This document shows, one piece after another, positions 27,578-39,104 of a stretch of DNA of 64,000 nucleotides. The notes beneath the pieces are model-generated. The model was not told the origin of the DNA. It worked only from the letters and a program-made list of their open reading frames with translations, and did not search any database. Each line of letters starts with the position of its first letter. Position 1 is the stretch's first letter. The stretch comes from Gammaproteobacteria bacterium (lineage in GTDB: Bacteria; Pseudomonadota; Gammaproteobacteria; UBA4575), in assembly GCA_965243395.1 (NCBI GenBank), contig CBDEUS010000001.1, positions 288,001-352,000 of the forward strand, read 5' to 3'. The position numbers were made by a program, and so were the translations under genes.

Positions 27578-30139
27578 ATGGCTGCAATTGCCAAAGAAAT
27601 TCTCCCGGTAAATCTCGAAGACGAAATGCGTCAGTCGTATCTCGATTACGCAATGAGCGTAATCGTTGGACGCGCCTTACCGGATGTACGTGATGGCTTG
27701 AAACCGGTGCACCGGCGTGTGTTGTATGCCATGAATGAGCTAGGTAATGACTGGAACAAGCCATATAAAAAATCTGCACGCGTAGTGGGTGATGTGATTG
27801 GTAAATATCACCCGCATGGAGATACAGCGGTCTACGATACGATCGTACGCATGGCGCAGCCTTTTTCAATGCGCTATATGTTGGTGGATGGCCAAGGCAA
27901 TTTTGGTTCGGTGGATGGTGATGCACCTGCGGCAATGCGGTACACCGAAATCCGCATGGCGAAGATTGCGCATGAGATTGTTGCTGATCTTGAAAAAGAC
28001 ACGGTTGATTTTATTCCTAACTATAACGATGAAGAAACTGAGCCCTCAGTTTTCCCAACGCGTATTCCAAATTTATTGGTCAATGGTTCATCCGGTATTG
28101 CAGTAGGGATGGCAACCAATATTCCGCCTCATAATTTAACTGAAGTAATTAATGCAAGTATTGAATTGATACAAAACCCAGAGGCTGATTACAAAGAATT
28201 GATGCAACATATGCCAGGGCCGGATTTTCCTACCGCAGCATTGATCAATGGCCGCGCAGGAATTATTGAAGCGTATCGAACAGGACGTGGACGCGTGCAC
28301 ATGCGTGCTCGAACACATATCGAACAAGATGAAAAGAGTGGACGCGAGAGAATCGTCGTTACGGAGTTACCCTACCAAGTAAATAAAGCAAACTTGATAA
28401 TAAAAATCGCAGACTTAGTTAAAGAGAAGCGAATTGATGGTATTGCATCAGATGGCTTGCGCGATGAATCCGATAAAGATGGTATGCGCATTGTAGTCGA
28501 ATTACGGCGCGGTGAAGTTAGTGAAGTTATTTTAAATAATCTATACAAACATACTGCGATGCAAAGTGTGTTTGGGATCAATATGGTGGCTTTGGTCGAT
28601 GGTCAGCCACGTTTGTTAAATCTTAAACAAATATTACAAGCTTTTATTCGTCATCGCCGTGATGTCGTTACACGTCGTACGATATTTGAATTAAGAAAAG
28701 CACGTGAGCGTGCGCATATTCTCGAAGGTCAAGCGGTTGCATTAACGAATATTGATGAAATTATCGCGTTAATTAAAAAATCAGAAAGTCCAGCTGTTGC
28801 AAAAGAAAAATTAGTTGCTAAATCTTGGAAGCCGGGTGTGGTGACTAAAATGCTGGATCGTGCAGGGGCAGATGCATCAAAGCCAGAGAACCTAGATCCT
28901 AAATATGGCATGCACAAAGGCGAATATTTGCTTTCGCCTACACAGGCACAGGCCATCCTAGATTTGCGCTTACATCGTCTAACCGGTTTGGAACAAGACA
29001 AAATAGTTAACGATTACAGTGATCTTTTAGAAAAAATTATCGATTTATTGGAAATTTTGCAAGATCCTGAACGTTTGTTGAAAGTAATTCGTGAAGAGTT
29101 GGAAGAAATTCGCGACAACTACGGCGACAAACGCCGAACTGAGATCACTGACGCGCAAGCTGATCTCACAATGGAAGATTTAATTCCTGAGGAAAATGTT
29201 GTCGTGACATTGTCACATGCGGGTTATGCAAAATCGCAGCCATTAGATACATATCGTGCGCAACGGCGGGGCGGACGTGGTAAAGCAGCAACATCTGTTA
29301 AGGCCGAAGATTTTGTTGATCAATTATTTGTTGCTAATACACACGATACAATTTTATGTTTTTCAAGTCGTGGCAAAGTTTATTGGCTAAAAGTTTACGC
29401 ATTACCGCAAGCAGGAAGAACAGCGCGAGGTAAACCGATTGTTAATTTGTTACCTCTTCAAGAAGGTGAGCGCATTAACGTAGTACTTCCGGTAAAAGAA
29501 TATAGCGAAGATGCGTATGTAGTGATGGTTGCAAGTAGTGGTACCGTAAAGAAAACAAAATTAACAGAATTTTCCAGACCACGCGCAAGCGGTATTTTAG
29601 CAGTTGATCTACGAGAAAATGATCGGCTCATTGATGTTGCTATAACAGACGGAAATACGGATTTACTATTAGTAAGTAGTGCGGGCAAAGCTATTAGATT
29701 TACCGAAGATGATGTACGTGCAATGGGTCGCAATGCTACAGGTGTGCGCGGCATTAAATTAGCGGCTGATCAACAAGTAGTATCTTTAATTACCATCAAA
29801 GAAAACATGAGCTCAACGGATGTCCTGGTAGCAACAGAAAATGGTTATGGAAAACGTACAGATATGAGTGAATATCCAGTACAAAAACGTGGTGGGCAAG
29901 GTGTTATCGCTATTCAGACCTCCGGACGTAACGGAAATGTGGTGGGTGCAGTTGCTGTATCCGATGACGATGAGATCATGCTGATTACCGATAGTGGCAC
30001 GTTAGTGAGGACACCTGTTAAAGATGTGTCTCGAATGGGGCGTAATACACAGGGCGTGAGACTAATTCGCCTTTCTGAAGATGAGCGTTTGGTTGAAGTA
30101 GAGCGTATCGAAAATCTTGTACAGCAAGAGAATGAATAA
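27578..30139 (+). CDS. gyrA: DNA gyrase subunit A
   Basis: [15 protein letters not shown], GyrA-box QRRGGRG. Confidence 0.99.
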   Translation: MAAIAKEILPVNLEDEMRQSYLDYAMSVIVGRALPDVRDGLKPVHRRVLYAMNELGNDWNKPYKKSARVVGDVIGKYHPHGDTAVYDTIVRMAQPFSMRYMLVDGQGNFGSVDGDAPAAMRYTEIRMAKIAHEIVADLEKDTVDFIPNYNDEETEPSVFPTRIPNLLVNGSSGIAVGMATNIPPHNLTEVINASIELIQNPEADYKELMQHMPGPDFPTAALINGRAGIIEAYRTGRGRVHMRARTHIEQDEKSGRERIVVTELPYQVNKANLIIKIADLVKEKRIDGIASDGLRDESDKDGMRIVVELRRGEVSEVILNNLYKHTAMQSVFGINMVALVDGQPRLLNLKQILQAFIRHRRDVVTRRTIFELRKARERAHILEGQAVALTNIDEIIALIKKSESPAVAKEKLVAKSWKPGVVTKMLDRAGADASKPENLDPKYGMHKGEYLLSPTQAQAILDLRLHRLTGLEQDKIVNDYSDLLEKIIDLLEILQDPERLLKVIREELEEIRDNYGDKRRTEITDAQADLTMEDLIPEENVVVTLSHAGYAKSQPLDTYRAQRRGGRGKAATSVKAEDFVDQLFVANTHDTILCFSSRGKVYWLKVYALPQAGRTARGKPIVNLLPLQEGERINVVLPVKEYSEDAYVVMVASSGTVKKTKLTEFSRPRASGILAVDLRENDRLIDVAITDGNTDLLLVSSAGKAIRFTEDDVRAMGRNATGVRGIKLAADQQVVSLITIKENMSSTDVLVATENGYGKRTDMSEYPVQKRGGQGVIAIQTSGRNGNVVGAVAVSDDDEIMLITDSGTLVRTPVKDVSRMGRNTQGVRLIRLSEDERLVEVERIENLVQQENE

Positions 30140-30242
30140 AGCGCTTTTACAATAAATTCTGAATCGCCCACAAATGAAGTTATTTAGAAAACATTCTGAA
30201 TAATCATCATCAACTCTTTTTCCAATATTTTTAGATTCTAGT

Positions 30243-31340
30243 ATGTCTTCTGGTCACCAAGAAATTTTTTATTTTGGTGCAGGCCCTGCGACGTTGCCCC
30301 GCAAAGTCTTGAAGCAGATTAAAGAAGAGTTAGTTGATTATCAAAGTACTGGTTTATCCATATTAGAACATTCACACCGAAGCGAATTGTTCATCGAGTT
30401 GATGGAAAATGCGGAACATGTATTGCGCGAGTTAATGGCCATTACTGAAGATTATTCAGTATTGTTTCTACATGGTGGAGCAACTGCGCAATACTCAATG
30501 TTACCCATAAATTTTTTAGATAAAAATGACATTGCTGACTATATATGTACAGGTCATTGGTCGAGTAAGGCATGTGAAGAAGCCAAGCAGTTTGCACGCA
30601 TAAATGAAATACAAGCACTTGAGCAAAATGAAAAATCGAAAATAAAACCTGTTGAAAAATGGAATTTAAATTCTAATTCTGTTTATTTGCATTATTGTAA
30701 TAATGAAACAATCAATGGTATTTCCTATCCTGAAAGTATAAAACTCGACAGAACTATTGTTTGTGATATGACATCATCTATTTTGACGAGCCAAATGGAT
30801 ATCAATGATTATGATTTAATCTATGCTAGCGCACAAAAAAATTTAGGAATTGCGGGTTTATGCATTGTAATTGTCAGAACTGATTTATTGAATAAAGTTA
30901 AACGCAATGTGCCAAGAGTTTTTAATTATAAATTGTGTTATGAAAATAAATCGTTAGTAAACACGCCACCTATATTTGCAATTTATGTTTTAGGATTAAT
31001 GTTGAATTGGTTAAATGCTCAGGGCGGTGTAAATGAAGTTGATAAGTTGAGAAAACAACACGCCAGTGAGATATACAGTCTTATTGATAGTAGTGAGCTA
31101 TATCAAAATAATGTGGATCTTTCATTTCGTTCAAATGTAAATATTCCATTCACTATTGAAAACGAAAAAGTGCAAGAAGAATTTTTATTACAAGCGGAGA
31201 ATAATAAATTACTTGGTTTACGTGGACATAAGAGTGTGGGTGGTTTACGTATAAGCATATATAACGCTATGCCGATCCAAGGCGTTCAAAAGCTAATAGA
31301 ATTCATGCATGATTTTGAAAAGAATCATGCGAAAAGCTAG
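30243..31340 (+). CDS. serC: Phosphoserine aminotransferase
   Basis: FGAGPA, SHRS, NETING, DMTS, AQKNLG, GHKSVGGLR. Confidence 0.95.
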   Translation: MSSGHQEIFYFGAGPATLPRKVLKQIKEELVDYQSTGLSILEHSHRSELFIELMENAEHVLRELMAITEDYSVLFLHGGATAQYSMLPINFLDKNDIADYICTGHWSSKACEEAKQFARINEIQALEQNEKSKIKPVEKWNLNSNSVYLHYCNNETINGISYPESIKLDRTIVCDMTSSILTSQMDINDYDLIYASAQKNLGIAGLCIVIVRTDLLNKVKRNVPRVFNYKLCYENKSLVNTPPIFAIYVLGLMLNWLNAQGGVNEVDKLRKQHASEIYSLIDSSELYQNNVDLSFRSNVNIPFTIENEKVQEEFLLQAENNKLLGLRGHKSVGGLRISIYNAMPIQGVQKLIEFMHDFEKNHAKS

Positions 31341-31347
31341 ATGGTAG

Positions 31348-31605
31348 CTATGCGTAGCGTTGATCGCGTTGGAGTCGGCGATCAAAGTAAACCATGGTTC
31401 CGTCTGAGCATGTCACAGGAAAACTGCAAGAAGTATTTTTTCTGCGCTCGATAGGTTTAGAGTTTTTGCGGTTATTTCTATCTTGCCTAGATCGGGATGA
31501 AAATACGGCATAAATAGACAAAACTGTGATACTAGAAATGAGAATGATTAAGTGAAAGGTTAGTAATAAGTTTACTAATTGCACGGCTGGCTTCTCCCCA
31601 CGCAT
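31348..31605 (-). CDS. Small membrane-anchored Arg-rich protein
   Basis: TM segment then 'ERRK..FPV.CSDG..V..DRRLQRDQR'. Confidence 0.55.
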   Translation of the reverse strand: MRGEKPAVQLVNLLLTFHLIILISSITVLSIYAVFSSRSRQDRNNRKNSKPIERRKNTSCSFPVTCSDGTMVYFDRRLQRDQRYA

Positions 31606-31742
31606 AAAATAACGTGATATTGCTGAGCTTTTGTAAATCAGTGTGTTATTAGATATTCAGCAAGTATGATGGGGGAATCATACATAACCTACTGTAAGGT
31701 AACAAGGATTTAAAATTGACGCAGACTAAATAGTTGAAATTT

Positions 31743-32750
31743 TCAGATTTTATAAAATTCTCGATACCACTCAACAAAATTTCTAATACCTGTTTCAACA
31801 CTAGTATTTGGTTTGTAATCAACATCTTGCACCAGTGCTTCGACATCGGCATAAGTATCCGGCACATCACCAGCTTGTAGTGGTAGTAAATTACGTTCTG
31901 CTTTTTTGCCCAGGCAGTCTTCTAAAACTTCTATGTAGCGGCTTAGCTCCACAGGAGCATTGTTGCCAATGTTATAAAGTCGGTAAGGTGCAAAGCTGCT
32001 TGCACTATCGGGCATAGCACTGTCCCAATCTGAGTTTTTTTCAGGTAAATGATCTAATGTGCGAATCACGCCTTCAACGATATCGTCTATGTATGTGAAA
32101 TCACGACGATGGTTGCCATAATTAAATACATCAATGGGCTTACCCGCTAAGATATTTTTTGTAAACAAGAATAACGCCATATCCGGTCGTCCCCATGGAC
32201 CATATACTGTGAAGAACCTCAAACCAGTAGTGGGTAGACTGTATAAATTACTGTAAACATGTGCCATGAGTTCGTTAGCTTTTTTAGTGGCGGCATATAA
32301 GCTTAAGGGATGGTCTACATTATGGTGTACGGAAAATGGCATTTTTGTATTCGCGCCATACACTGAACTGCTAGAAGCATACACAAGGTGTTCGACTTCA
32401 TTGTGTCTGCATGCTTCTAAAATGTTACAAAAACCAACCAGGTTGGAGTCAACATATGCAGATGGGTTTTCAATGGAGTAGCGAACACCTGCTTGTGCAG
32501 CAAGATTGATAACTCGTTGAGGTTTAAATTTAGAAACTGTTTCTGAAATTTTTCCTTTATCTTCTAAATTAATTTTTGCTTCCGTGAATTTTTCATAAGA
32601 TTTGACTCTCTCAAGTCTTCCAAGTTTTAAATTCACATCATAGTAGTCATTGAGATTATCAATTCCCAATACTTCGTCGCCACGTTCTAACAGATACATG
32701 GATACTGAAGAACCAATGAATCCGGCGGAACCTGTAACTACAACTTTCAT
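31743..32750 (-). CDS. NAD-dependent epimerase (UDP-glucuronate 4-epimerase/CapI-like)
   Basis: [39 protein letters not shown]. Confidence 0.93.
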   Translation of the reverse strand: MKVVVTGSAGFIGSSVSMYLLERGDEVLGIDNLNDYYDVNLKLGRLERVKSYEKFTEAKINLEDKGKISETVSKFKPQRVINLAAQAGVRYSIENPSAYVDSNLVGFCNILEACRHNEVEHLVYASSSSVYGANTKMPFSVHHNVDHPLSLYAATKKANELMAHVYSNLYSLPTTGLRFFTVYGPWGRPDMALFLFTKNILAGKPIDVFNYGNHRRDFTYIDDIVEGVIRTLDHLPEKNSDWDSAMPDSASSFAPYRLYNIGNNAPVELSRYIEVLEDCLGKKAERNLLPLQAGDVPDTYADVEALVQDVDYKPNTSVETGIRNFVEWYREFYKI

Positions 32751-32792
32751 ATATTAATTCTTGTGCTGGGTAAAAATAACTGTATGCATGAA

Positions 32793-34070
32793 CTACAATC
32801 GACCATCTACTTGGGTTTTTGGAAAAATATTCTTAACATCAAAAATAACATGATTCTCTTTCCCTAGAGCATGTATTTTTTCAATGTTTAAGTTTTTAAA
32901 TTTATCATGATTTACGGCAAGTATAATTGCATCGTATTTGACGGATGACGGCATTTCTGAGAGGAATGAAGCATCATATTTAGAATTGGCTTCATCTATA
33001 TCAATCCACGGATCATATATATCAACTTGTGAATGATAAGTAGTAAATTCATTTACAACATCAATAACGCGTGTGTTACGAATATCCGGACAGTTTTCTT
33101 TAAAAGTGAATCCAAGAATTAATATGTTTGCTTGCACGACATGTATTTTCTTTTGCAGCATCAGTTTAATCACACATTCTGCAACATATGCACCCATCGC
33201 ATCATTGATGCGTCGTCCGGATAAAATAACTTCAGGGTTGTAACCAATTTCTTTAGCTCTATACGTAAGGTAATAAGGGTCAACGCCTATACAATGACCG
33301 CCAACTAATCCCGGCCTAAAGGGTAAAAAATTCCATTTTGTTCCTGCAGCTTCAAGAACTTCTAAAGTATCAATTTCGAGGCGATTGAAAATAAGTGAAA
33401 GTTCATTAATCAGGGCGATATTAAGATCGCGTTGTGTATTTTCAATAACTTTAGCTGCTTCAGCTACTTGTATACTGCTTGTTTTATGTGTACCTGCGAC
33501 AATAATTTTTAAGTACAGCTCATTGATAAAATCCGCTACTTCTGGAGTCGAGCCTGAGACAACCTTTTTAATAGTGGGCAGGCGATGTTCTTTGTCACCA
33601 GGATTAATACGCTCTGGGCTGTAACCGGCATAAAAGTCCTGGTTAAATTTCAAATTTGACTCTTGCTCTAATATTGGCACACAAAATTCTTCTGTTGCGC
33701 CTGGGTAAACGGTCGATTCGTATATTACGATATTGCCAACTTCGAGAACGCTCCCAACTGCTTTTGATGCTTGTTTTATCGCAGATAAATCTGGAACTTT
33801 ATGTTTATTTATTGGTGTGGGGACTGTGACAATAAATACATTGCAAGTCTGTAGTTCTTTAATAGATGAGGAGAAATTTAAATGGTTTGCAGACTTTAAT
33901 TCTTCTTGATTGACTTCCATGGTGCTATCAACACCTTGTTTCAGTTCATCAAGTCGTGATGCTTTAATATCAAAGCCTACAGTAGAGTAATGTTTGCCAA
34001 ACGCTACTGCGAGGGGCAGGCCTACATATCCAAGGCCGATTATGGCGATTTTGATTTTATCTGGAAGCAC
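32793..34070 (-). CDS. tviB: UDP-N-acetyl-hexosamine C6 dehydrogenase (TviB/WbpO-like)
   Basis: [46 protein letters not shown]. Confidence 0.88.
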   Translation of the reverse strand: MLPDKIKIAIIGLGYVGLPLAVAFGKHYSTVGFDIKASRLDELKQGVDSTMEVNQEELKSANHLNFSSSIKELQTCNVFIVTVPTPINKHKVPDLSAIKQASKAVGSVLEVGNIVIYESTVYPGATEEFCVPILEQESNLKFNQDFYAGYSPERINPGDKEHRLPTIKKVVSGSTPEVADFINELYLKIIVAGTHKTSSIQVAEAAKVIENTQRDLNIALINELSLIFNRLEIDTLEVLEAAGTKWNFLPFRPGLVGGHCIGVDPYYLTYRAKEIGYNPEVILSGRRINDAMGAYVAECVIKLMLQKKIHVVQANILILGFTFKENCPDIRNTRVIDVVNEFTTYHSQVDIYDPWIDIDEANSKYDASFLSEMPSSVKYDAIILAVNHDKFKNLNIEKIHALGKENHVIFDVKNIFPKTQVDGRL

Positions 34071-34270
34071 AATTTTGCTTGTTTTAGCCTTAGTATGATA
34101 AAGAAAGACTATGCTATTGGTATAATAGAATTAGTGGTTTACGCAAGAATTATGTGATTTTTGCATTCAAGATACAAATTAATAAGAGATGTAATGCTTG
34201 AATTTACGTCTGAGAGGAAGTGGTTTGAGTATTTAAACTTTAAATAAATAGCTAGGAGATATCTTTAGTT

Positions 34271-35497
34271 CTATATCAGGTATTCGTTAGCATTGGGTTG
34301 GCTTAAAAAATTGATCGGGCTTGCAGTGTACCCATAGGCACCTGATTGTAATATGGCAACGTTATCACCAACTTCAGCTTTACTTAATTCTATGTTATCG
34401 CCAAAAAGGTCTAATGGAGTGCAAAGTTTTCCAACAATATTCACTACTTCTTTAACGGGAGAGTTGAGCTTATTTGCGATATAGACTGGGAAGTTTTTTC
34501 GATTTCTTTGACCCAAGTTTCCAGACGCGGCTAATTGATGATGCATACCACCATTAGTGATTAAATAAGTTTTACCTCTCGATATTTTTTTATCAACTAC
34601 CTTACAAACATACACGCCTGATTCACCAACGATATATCGACCCAGTTCTATAATTACATTGATCGATTGCTCTGAATGTATAGATTCTACGATTGGAAAT
34701 AATGAATGCATGTTTTTCCCTATCGAACCAAGATCTAAAGGTGTATGTTTAGAAAAATAAGGAATTCCAAAACCTCCTCCCATGTTGACGGCTTTAATTG
34801 GAATATTATATGTAGAGGTAAACTCTTTAATGAGCTCTATGGTTTTATTTTGTGAATAATTTATTGCCTCAGCATCAAGTATTTGTGATCCACTGTAGAC
34901 ATGGAAACCATGTAAATCAATGCATGAGTCTTTAATCCAATTTAACAATTCAGGTATTTGTTCTGCGTCGATACCAAATTGACTTGAGCCACTTGCCATT
35001 TTCATACCAGCACGTTTTTGTGTGTAGGTTGGGTTCACGCGTATCAGCACTGAAGGTTTGTGCATGACCTCGGTACCAATTTCATCCAACCTATGTAATT
35101 CAAGACTAGATTCAGCACTGATTACAATTCCATTTTTTACGGCAATTTCTAATTCTTCGTAACTTTTCCCCGGGCCTGTAAGACAAATACTGGCGCTATC
35201 TATACCGGTAGCGAGAGCTATTTTCATTTCTTCCAAAGAAGATACTTCAAGGCCATCGACATGTTCCGCAATAAAGCTGACAAGCGCTGGTAGAGGATTG
35301 GCTTTAATCGAGTAGTGAATTTTTATGGCTTTAGGGAGCGTGCTTCGAAGCAGTTTGATTTTTTCGATTATTATTTCTTTCGAATAAATGAAGCAGGGAG
35401 GTTTTATTCCTGCATCATCTAACTCTGTAATACTTTTGCCAGAAATGCATAAAGTATTATCGCGAATTTCAAAATTATCTAATGGATTATAAGACAT
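34271..35497 (-). CDS. PLP-dependent decarboxylase, LysA fold (exosortase-A-system-associated type)
   Basis: YSIKANP (PLP Lys), GMKM..SQFG, NMGGGFG, ELGRY, GGMHHQLAASGNLGQ, CTPLD, GAYG. Confidence 0.8.
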   Translation of the reverse strand: MSYNPLDNFEIRDNTLCISGKSITELDDAGIKPPCFIYSKEIIIEKIKLLRSTLPKAIKIHYSIKANPLPALVSFIAEHVDGLEVSSLEEMKIALATGIDSASICLTGPGKSYEELEIAVKNGIVISAESSLELHRLDEIGTEVMHKPSVLIRVNPTYTQKRAGMKMASGSSQFGIDAEQIPELLNWIKDSCIDLHGFHVYSGSQILDAEAINYSQNKTIELIKEFTSTYNIPIKAVNMGGGFGIPYFSKHTPLDLGSIGKNMHSLFPIVESIHSEQSINVIIELGRYIVGESGVYVCKVVDKKISRGKTYLITNGGMHHQLAASGNLGQRNRKNFPVYIANKLNSPVKEVVNIVGKLCTPLDLFGDNIELSKAEVGDNVAILQSGAYGYTASPINFLSQPNANEYLI

Positions 35498-35578
35498 CTA
35501 AAAAAATGCATGGATATGTTTATTTTTCGTTGAAGTTTGATTATAGATGAATTAAATCAATTTGTTAGAGTAGTGCCT

Positions 35579-35730
35579 ATGAGTGTACTGGCTTAGATCC
35601 CAAGGAAGATTAATGGCAGCAGTTTGTTGCGTATAGTCCAACGAACGCATTATCAGCAATGTAGTGGGCTTATTTGGATGAAAAGGCTATAACACGTTCG
35701 AAAATTCTGTGTATCTATATGGTTGTAGTA
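35579..35730 (+). pseudogene. Possible eroded FemAB-like (PEP-CTERM locus) 5' fragment
   Basis: Peptide pieces in shifting frames: WQQFVAYSP / THYQQ / EKA / VYLY. Confidence 0.2.
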
Positions 35731-35821
35731 TTCTCGTTTGCTATATATGGTAGTACGTTATAAAAATTTCCTGTTTATAATGCATTGAGAAATCATCTGA
35801 ATATTACGTACTTTGAATCAT

Positions 35822-36904
35822 ATGAGTAAAAAAACACTCTCTGACTTGCGCCAACAAATTGATGCTGTAGATAGGCAGTTACTTGATCTCATTAGTGACC
35901 GGGCAAAATTAGCTCAACTGGTCGCTCAAGTAAAAGCTGGCTCTGGTGAAAAAAATGCCTACTATCGCCCTGATCGAGAAGCAAGTGTTTTAAAACAAGT
36001 CCTAGAGCACAATCAGGGCCCGTTATCTGATGAGGAAATGGCCAGGTTGATTAGAGAAATTATGTCTGCCTGTTTAGCCTTGGAGCAGCGTTTGCAAGTA
36101 GCGTTTCTTGGTCCTGCTGGTACATTTACCGAGGAGGCCGCATATAAACATTTTGGACATTCAATTCAGACTCTATCGGCAAACAGCATCGATGATGTAT
36201 TTCGAGAAGTAGAATCTGATAATGCTAATTACGGCGTAGTGCCAATTGAAAATTCTACACAAGGTATTGTTAACAGCACCTTGGATATGTTTTTAGAATC
36301 TACGCTTAAAATTGTAGGTGAAGTTGAATTGCGAGTGCACCAGCACTTACTAAGTAATGTTGATGATTTGAAAGAGTTAAGTGTCTTGTATTCTCACCAG
36401 CAATCACTCGCACAATGTAAAAAATGGTTGGAAAATAATCTTCCTGGAGTTAAACGTGTTCCAGTAAGCAGCAATGCGGATGCTGCGAAGCGTGCTGCAA
36501 GTGAAAATAATGCTGCAGCAATTGCCAGTGAAACGGCTGCAGATGTGTATGGCCTCACTATACAAAACAAAAATATTGAAGATGTACCAGATAATACGAC
36601 AAGATTTTTAATTATTGGTAAGCAAGAAGTTGAGCCTACTGGCGATGATAAAACTACCTTGTTGATATCTGCACGCAATAAACCAGGCGCCCTTTATAAT
36701 TTATTGCAGCCTCTGGCAAAAAATAATGTCAGTATGACTAGAATTGAATCAAGACCTTCACATTGTGTGAATTGGGAATATGTATTCTTTTTAGATTTAG
36801 AAGGGCATTTAAAAACAGAGACTATCAAGAACTGTATTTCTGAATTAAAGGACGATGCTGATCTTTTAAAAGTTCTCGGTTCTTACCCGCGGGCTGCGTT
36901 ATAA
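35822..36904 (+). CDS. pheA: Chorismate mutase/prephenate dehydratase
   Basis: LRQQID..YRPDRE, FLGPAGTF, VVPIENST, NTTRF, IESRPS. Confidence 0.97.
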   Translation: MSKKTLSDLRQQIDAVDRQLLDLISDRAKLAQLVAQVKAGSGEKNAYYRPDREASVLKQVLEHNQGPLSDEEMARLIREIMSACLALEQRLQVAFLGPAGTFTEEAAYKHFGHSIQTLSANSIDDVFREVESDNANYGVVPIENSTQGIVNSTLDMFLESTLKIVGEVELRVHQHLLSNVDDLKELSVLYSHQQSLAQCKKWLENNLPGVKRVPVSSNADAAKRAASENNAAAIASETAADVYGLTIQNKNIEDVPDNTTRFLIIGKQEVEPTGDDKTTLLISARNKPGALYNLLQPLAKNNVSMTRIESRPSHCVNWEYVFFLDLEGHLKTETIKNCISELKDDADLLKVLGSYPRAAL

Positions 36905-36926
36905 CTAATTCAATTTGCATTTATAG

Positions 36927-37787
36927 ATGTTTGATAATGTTTACTTAATTGGCGTCGGCCTAATTAATGCTTCGCTTGCAAAAGACCTTAAGCGTCAACG
37001 ACTTGCTAAGACTATTGTAGGCGTTGGTCGCAACGCTGAGCGTCTAGCTTCAGCACAATCGTTAAATATCATTGATAAATATCAATTAATTCAAGATGCT
37101 GATGTAACAAATGCAGATGTAGTGGTGGTTGGTGTGCCAGTTTCAAAGATTAAAGACAGCTTTGATGCAATTAAGTCAACACTTAATGCAGATACTCTAT
37201 TAACTGATGTTGGTAGTAGTAAAGCTAATGTTATTCAAGCGGCAAGAGATATTTTTGGTGAATTACCTAAAAATTTAGTTCCTGGGCACCCAATTGCAGG
37301 AAGTGAACAGAATGGTTTTGAGCATGCAACAGAACAGTTGTATAAAAACCGAAAAGTCATTTTAACGCCTTCAGAAGAAACAGAGGATAAGGCGGTAACA
37401 AAAATTACCAAAATGTGGCAAAGCATTGGTGCTATTGTAGATGTGATGTCTGCATCACAGCATGATGCAATATTAGCGGCCACTAGTCACTTGCCACATG
37501 TAGTAGCTTACAGTTTGGTAAATTACTTGGGTCAACGTGAAGACGCTGAGAACATCTTTAACTATGCTGCAGGAGGGTTTTATGATTTTACCCGTATTGC
37601 ATCGAGTGATTCGACCATGTGGACGGACATATGTATAGAAAATAAAGATGAAATTATTAAATCAATAGACGGGTTTATAAGCTGTCTTGATACTTTAAAG
37701 CAAACAATCGCTGATCAAGATAGAAAAGTTGTACATGAATTATTTTTGCGCGCCAAACAGCTGCGTGATAAAAATTTAACTAATTAA
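36927..37787 (+). CDS. tyrA: Prephenate/arogenate dehydrogenase
   Basis: IGVGLI, TDVGS.K, GHPIAGSE, HD..A.TSHLPH, DFTRIA. Confidence 0.92.
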   Translation: MFDNVYLIGVGLINASLAKDLKRQRLAKTIVGVGRNAERLASAQSLNIIDKYQLIQDADVTNADVVVVGVPVSKIKDSFDAIKSTLNADTLLTDVGSSKANVIQAARDIFGELPKNLVPGHPIAGSEQNGFEHATEQLYKNRKVILTPSEETEDKAVTKITKMWQSIGAIVDVMSASQHDAILAATSHLPHVVAYSLVNYLGQREDAENIFNYAAGGFYDFTRIASSDSTMWTDICIENKDEIIKSIDGFISCLDTLKQTIADQDRKVVHELFLRAKQLRDKNLTN

Positions 37788-39094
37788 TGTCCCCTGCATA
37801 TTTTCGATTACAGCCTGGCTCCTTTTGCAGCGGTGAAACGCATGTGCCTGGTGATAAATCTATTTCACACCGTGCGGTTATGTTAGCTTCCCTAGCCGAA
37901 GGTGAAAGTGAAGTGCAGGGCTTTTTACCTTCCAGTGATTGTGAAGCCACATTGAGCGCATTTCAAAATATGGGTGTATTAATTGATCGTGTTGATACGA
38001 CAAATATACGCATTAACGGAGTTGGTTTAGGTGGGTTGCATGAGCCAGGAAATGTGCTTGATATGGGAAACTCGGGCACTGCAATGCGTTTAATGGCCGG
38101 GATTCTTTGTGGGCAAAAATTTTCGTCTTCTCTAATCGGTGATGCTTCGCTTTCCAAACGTCCTATGCAACGTATACAAATACCATTAAAAGAAATGGGT
38201 GCAGATATCACTAGTGAAAAAAACTATACACCGCCATTAGTCATTCATCCTGTTAATCATTTAAATTCAATTCAGTACGAATTACCTGTACCAAGTGCAC
38301 AAGTTAAATCGTGTGTTTTATTAGCAGGCTTGTATGCACAAGGCAAAACCTGCGTTACTGAAAAAGCGATAACTCGTGATCATACTGAGAGAATGTTGCA
38401 GAGTTATGCTTATCCGATTGAGGTGGTTCGAAACTCAATTTGTTTGCAGGGGAATAGTAAATTGCTTGCGAGCACTATCCATGTGCCTGGCGATCTATCT
38501 TCTGCAGCGTTTTTGATTGTTGCAGCTTTAATATCAAAATATGCTGAGCTTACAATTCGCAAGGTGGGCATAAACCCAACGCGTGATGGGTTTATAAAAA
38601 TTCTGCGCGAGATGGGGGCGAAAATAGAAATCGTAAATCAAACCTATTTTGGTAAGGAGCCTGTTGCAGATATTGTTGTACACAATAGTGAATTGCACGG
38701 TATTAATATTCCACTAGATTTAATTGCAAATTCTATAGATGAATTTCCAATACTTTTCATTGCTGCGGCTTGCGCAAAAGGCGTGACCAATTTGAGTGGG
38801 GCTCAAGAGTTACGTGTTAAAGAATCAGATCGTCTCGCGACAATGGCAAAAGGATTACAAGCACTGGGAATTGAAGTTGTAGAAAAGCCGGATGGAATTA
38901 TTATCAACGGTGGTCAGTTCCATGGTGGAGAAATTGATAGTGGAGGCGACCATCGAGTCGCTATGGCTTTTGCAATGGCATCTATATGTGCCAAGGACGA
39001 TATTATTATTCGTGATACTGCGAATGTAGCGACGTCATTTCCAAATTTTGTAGCGATTGCTTCTGATTTGGGTTTAAAAATTTCTCAACATTGA
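37787..39094 (+). CDS. aroA: EPSP synthase
   Basis: PGDKSISHR, GNSGT, SAQVKS, RDHTE, RVKESDR, DHR. Confidence 0.97.
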   Translation: MSPAYFRLQPGSFCSGETHVPGDKSISHRAVMLASLAEGESEVQGFLPSSDCEATLSAFQNMGVLIDRVDTTNIRINGVGLGGLHEPGNVLDMGNSGTAMRLMAGILCGQKFSSSLIGDASLSKRPMQRIQIPLKEMGADITSEKNYTPPLVIHPVNHLNSIQYELPVPSAQVKSCVLLAGLYAQGKTCVTEKAITRDHTERMLQSYAYPIEVVRNSICLQGNSKLLASTIHVPGDLSSAAFLIVAALISKYAELTIRKVGINPTRDGFIKILREMGAKIEIVNQTYFGKEPVADIVVHNSELHGINIPLDLIANSIDEFPILFIAAACAKGVTNLSGAQELRVKESDRLATMAKGLQALGIEVVEKPDGIIINGGQFHGGEIDSGGDHRVAMAFAMASICAKDDIIIRDTANVATSFPNFVAIASDLGLKISQH

Positions 39095-39104
39095 GTTGTT
39101 ATAG

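Noticed and set aside
27810-27850. GyrA Thr at the position equivalent to Ser83 as quinolone resistance
   Set aside because: Thr is the wild-type residue in many gammaproteobacteria
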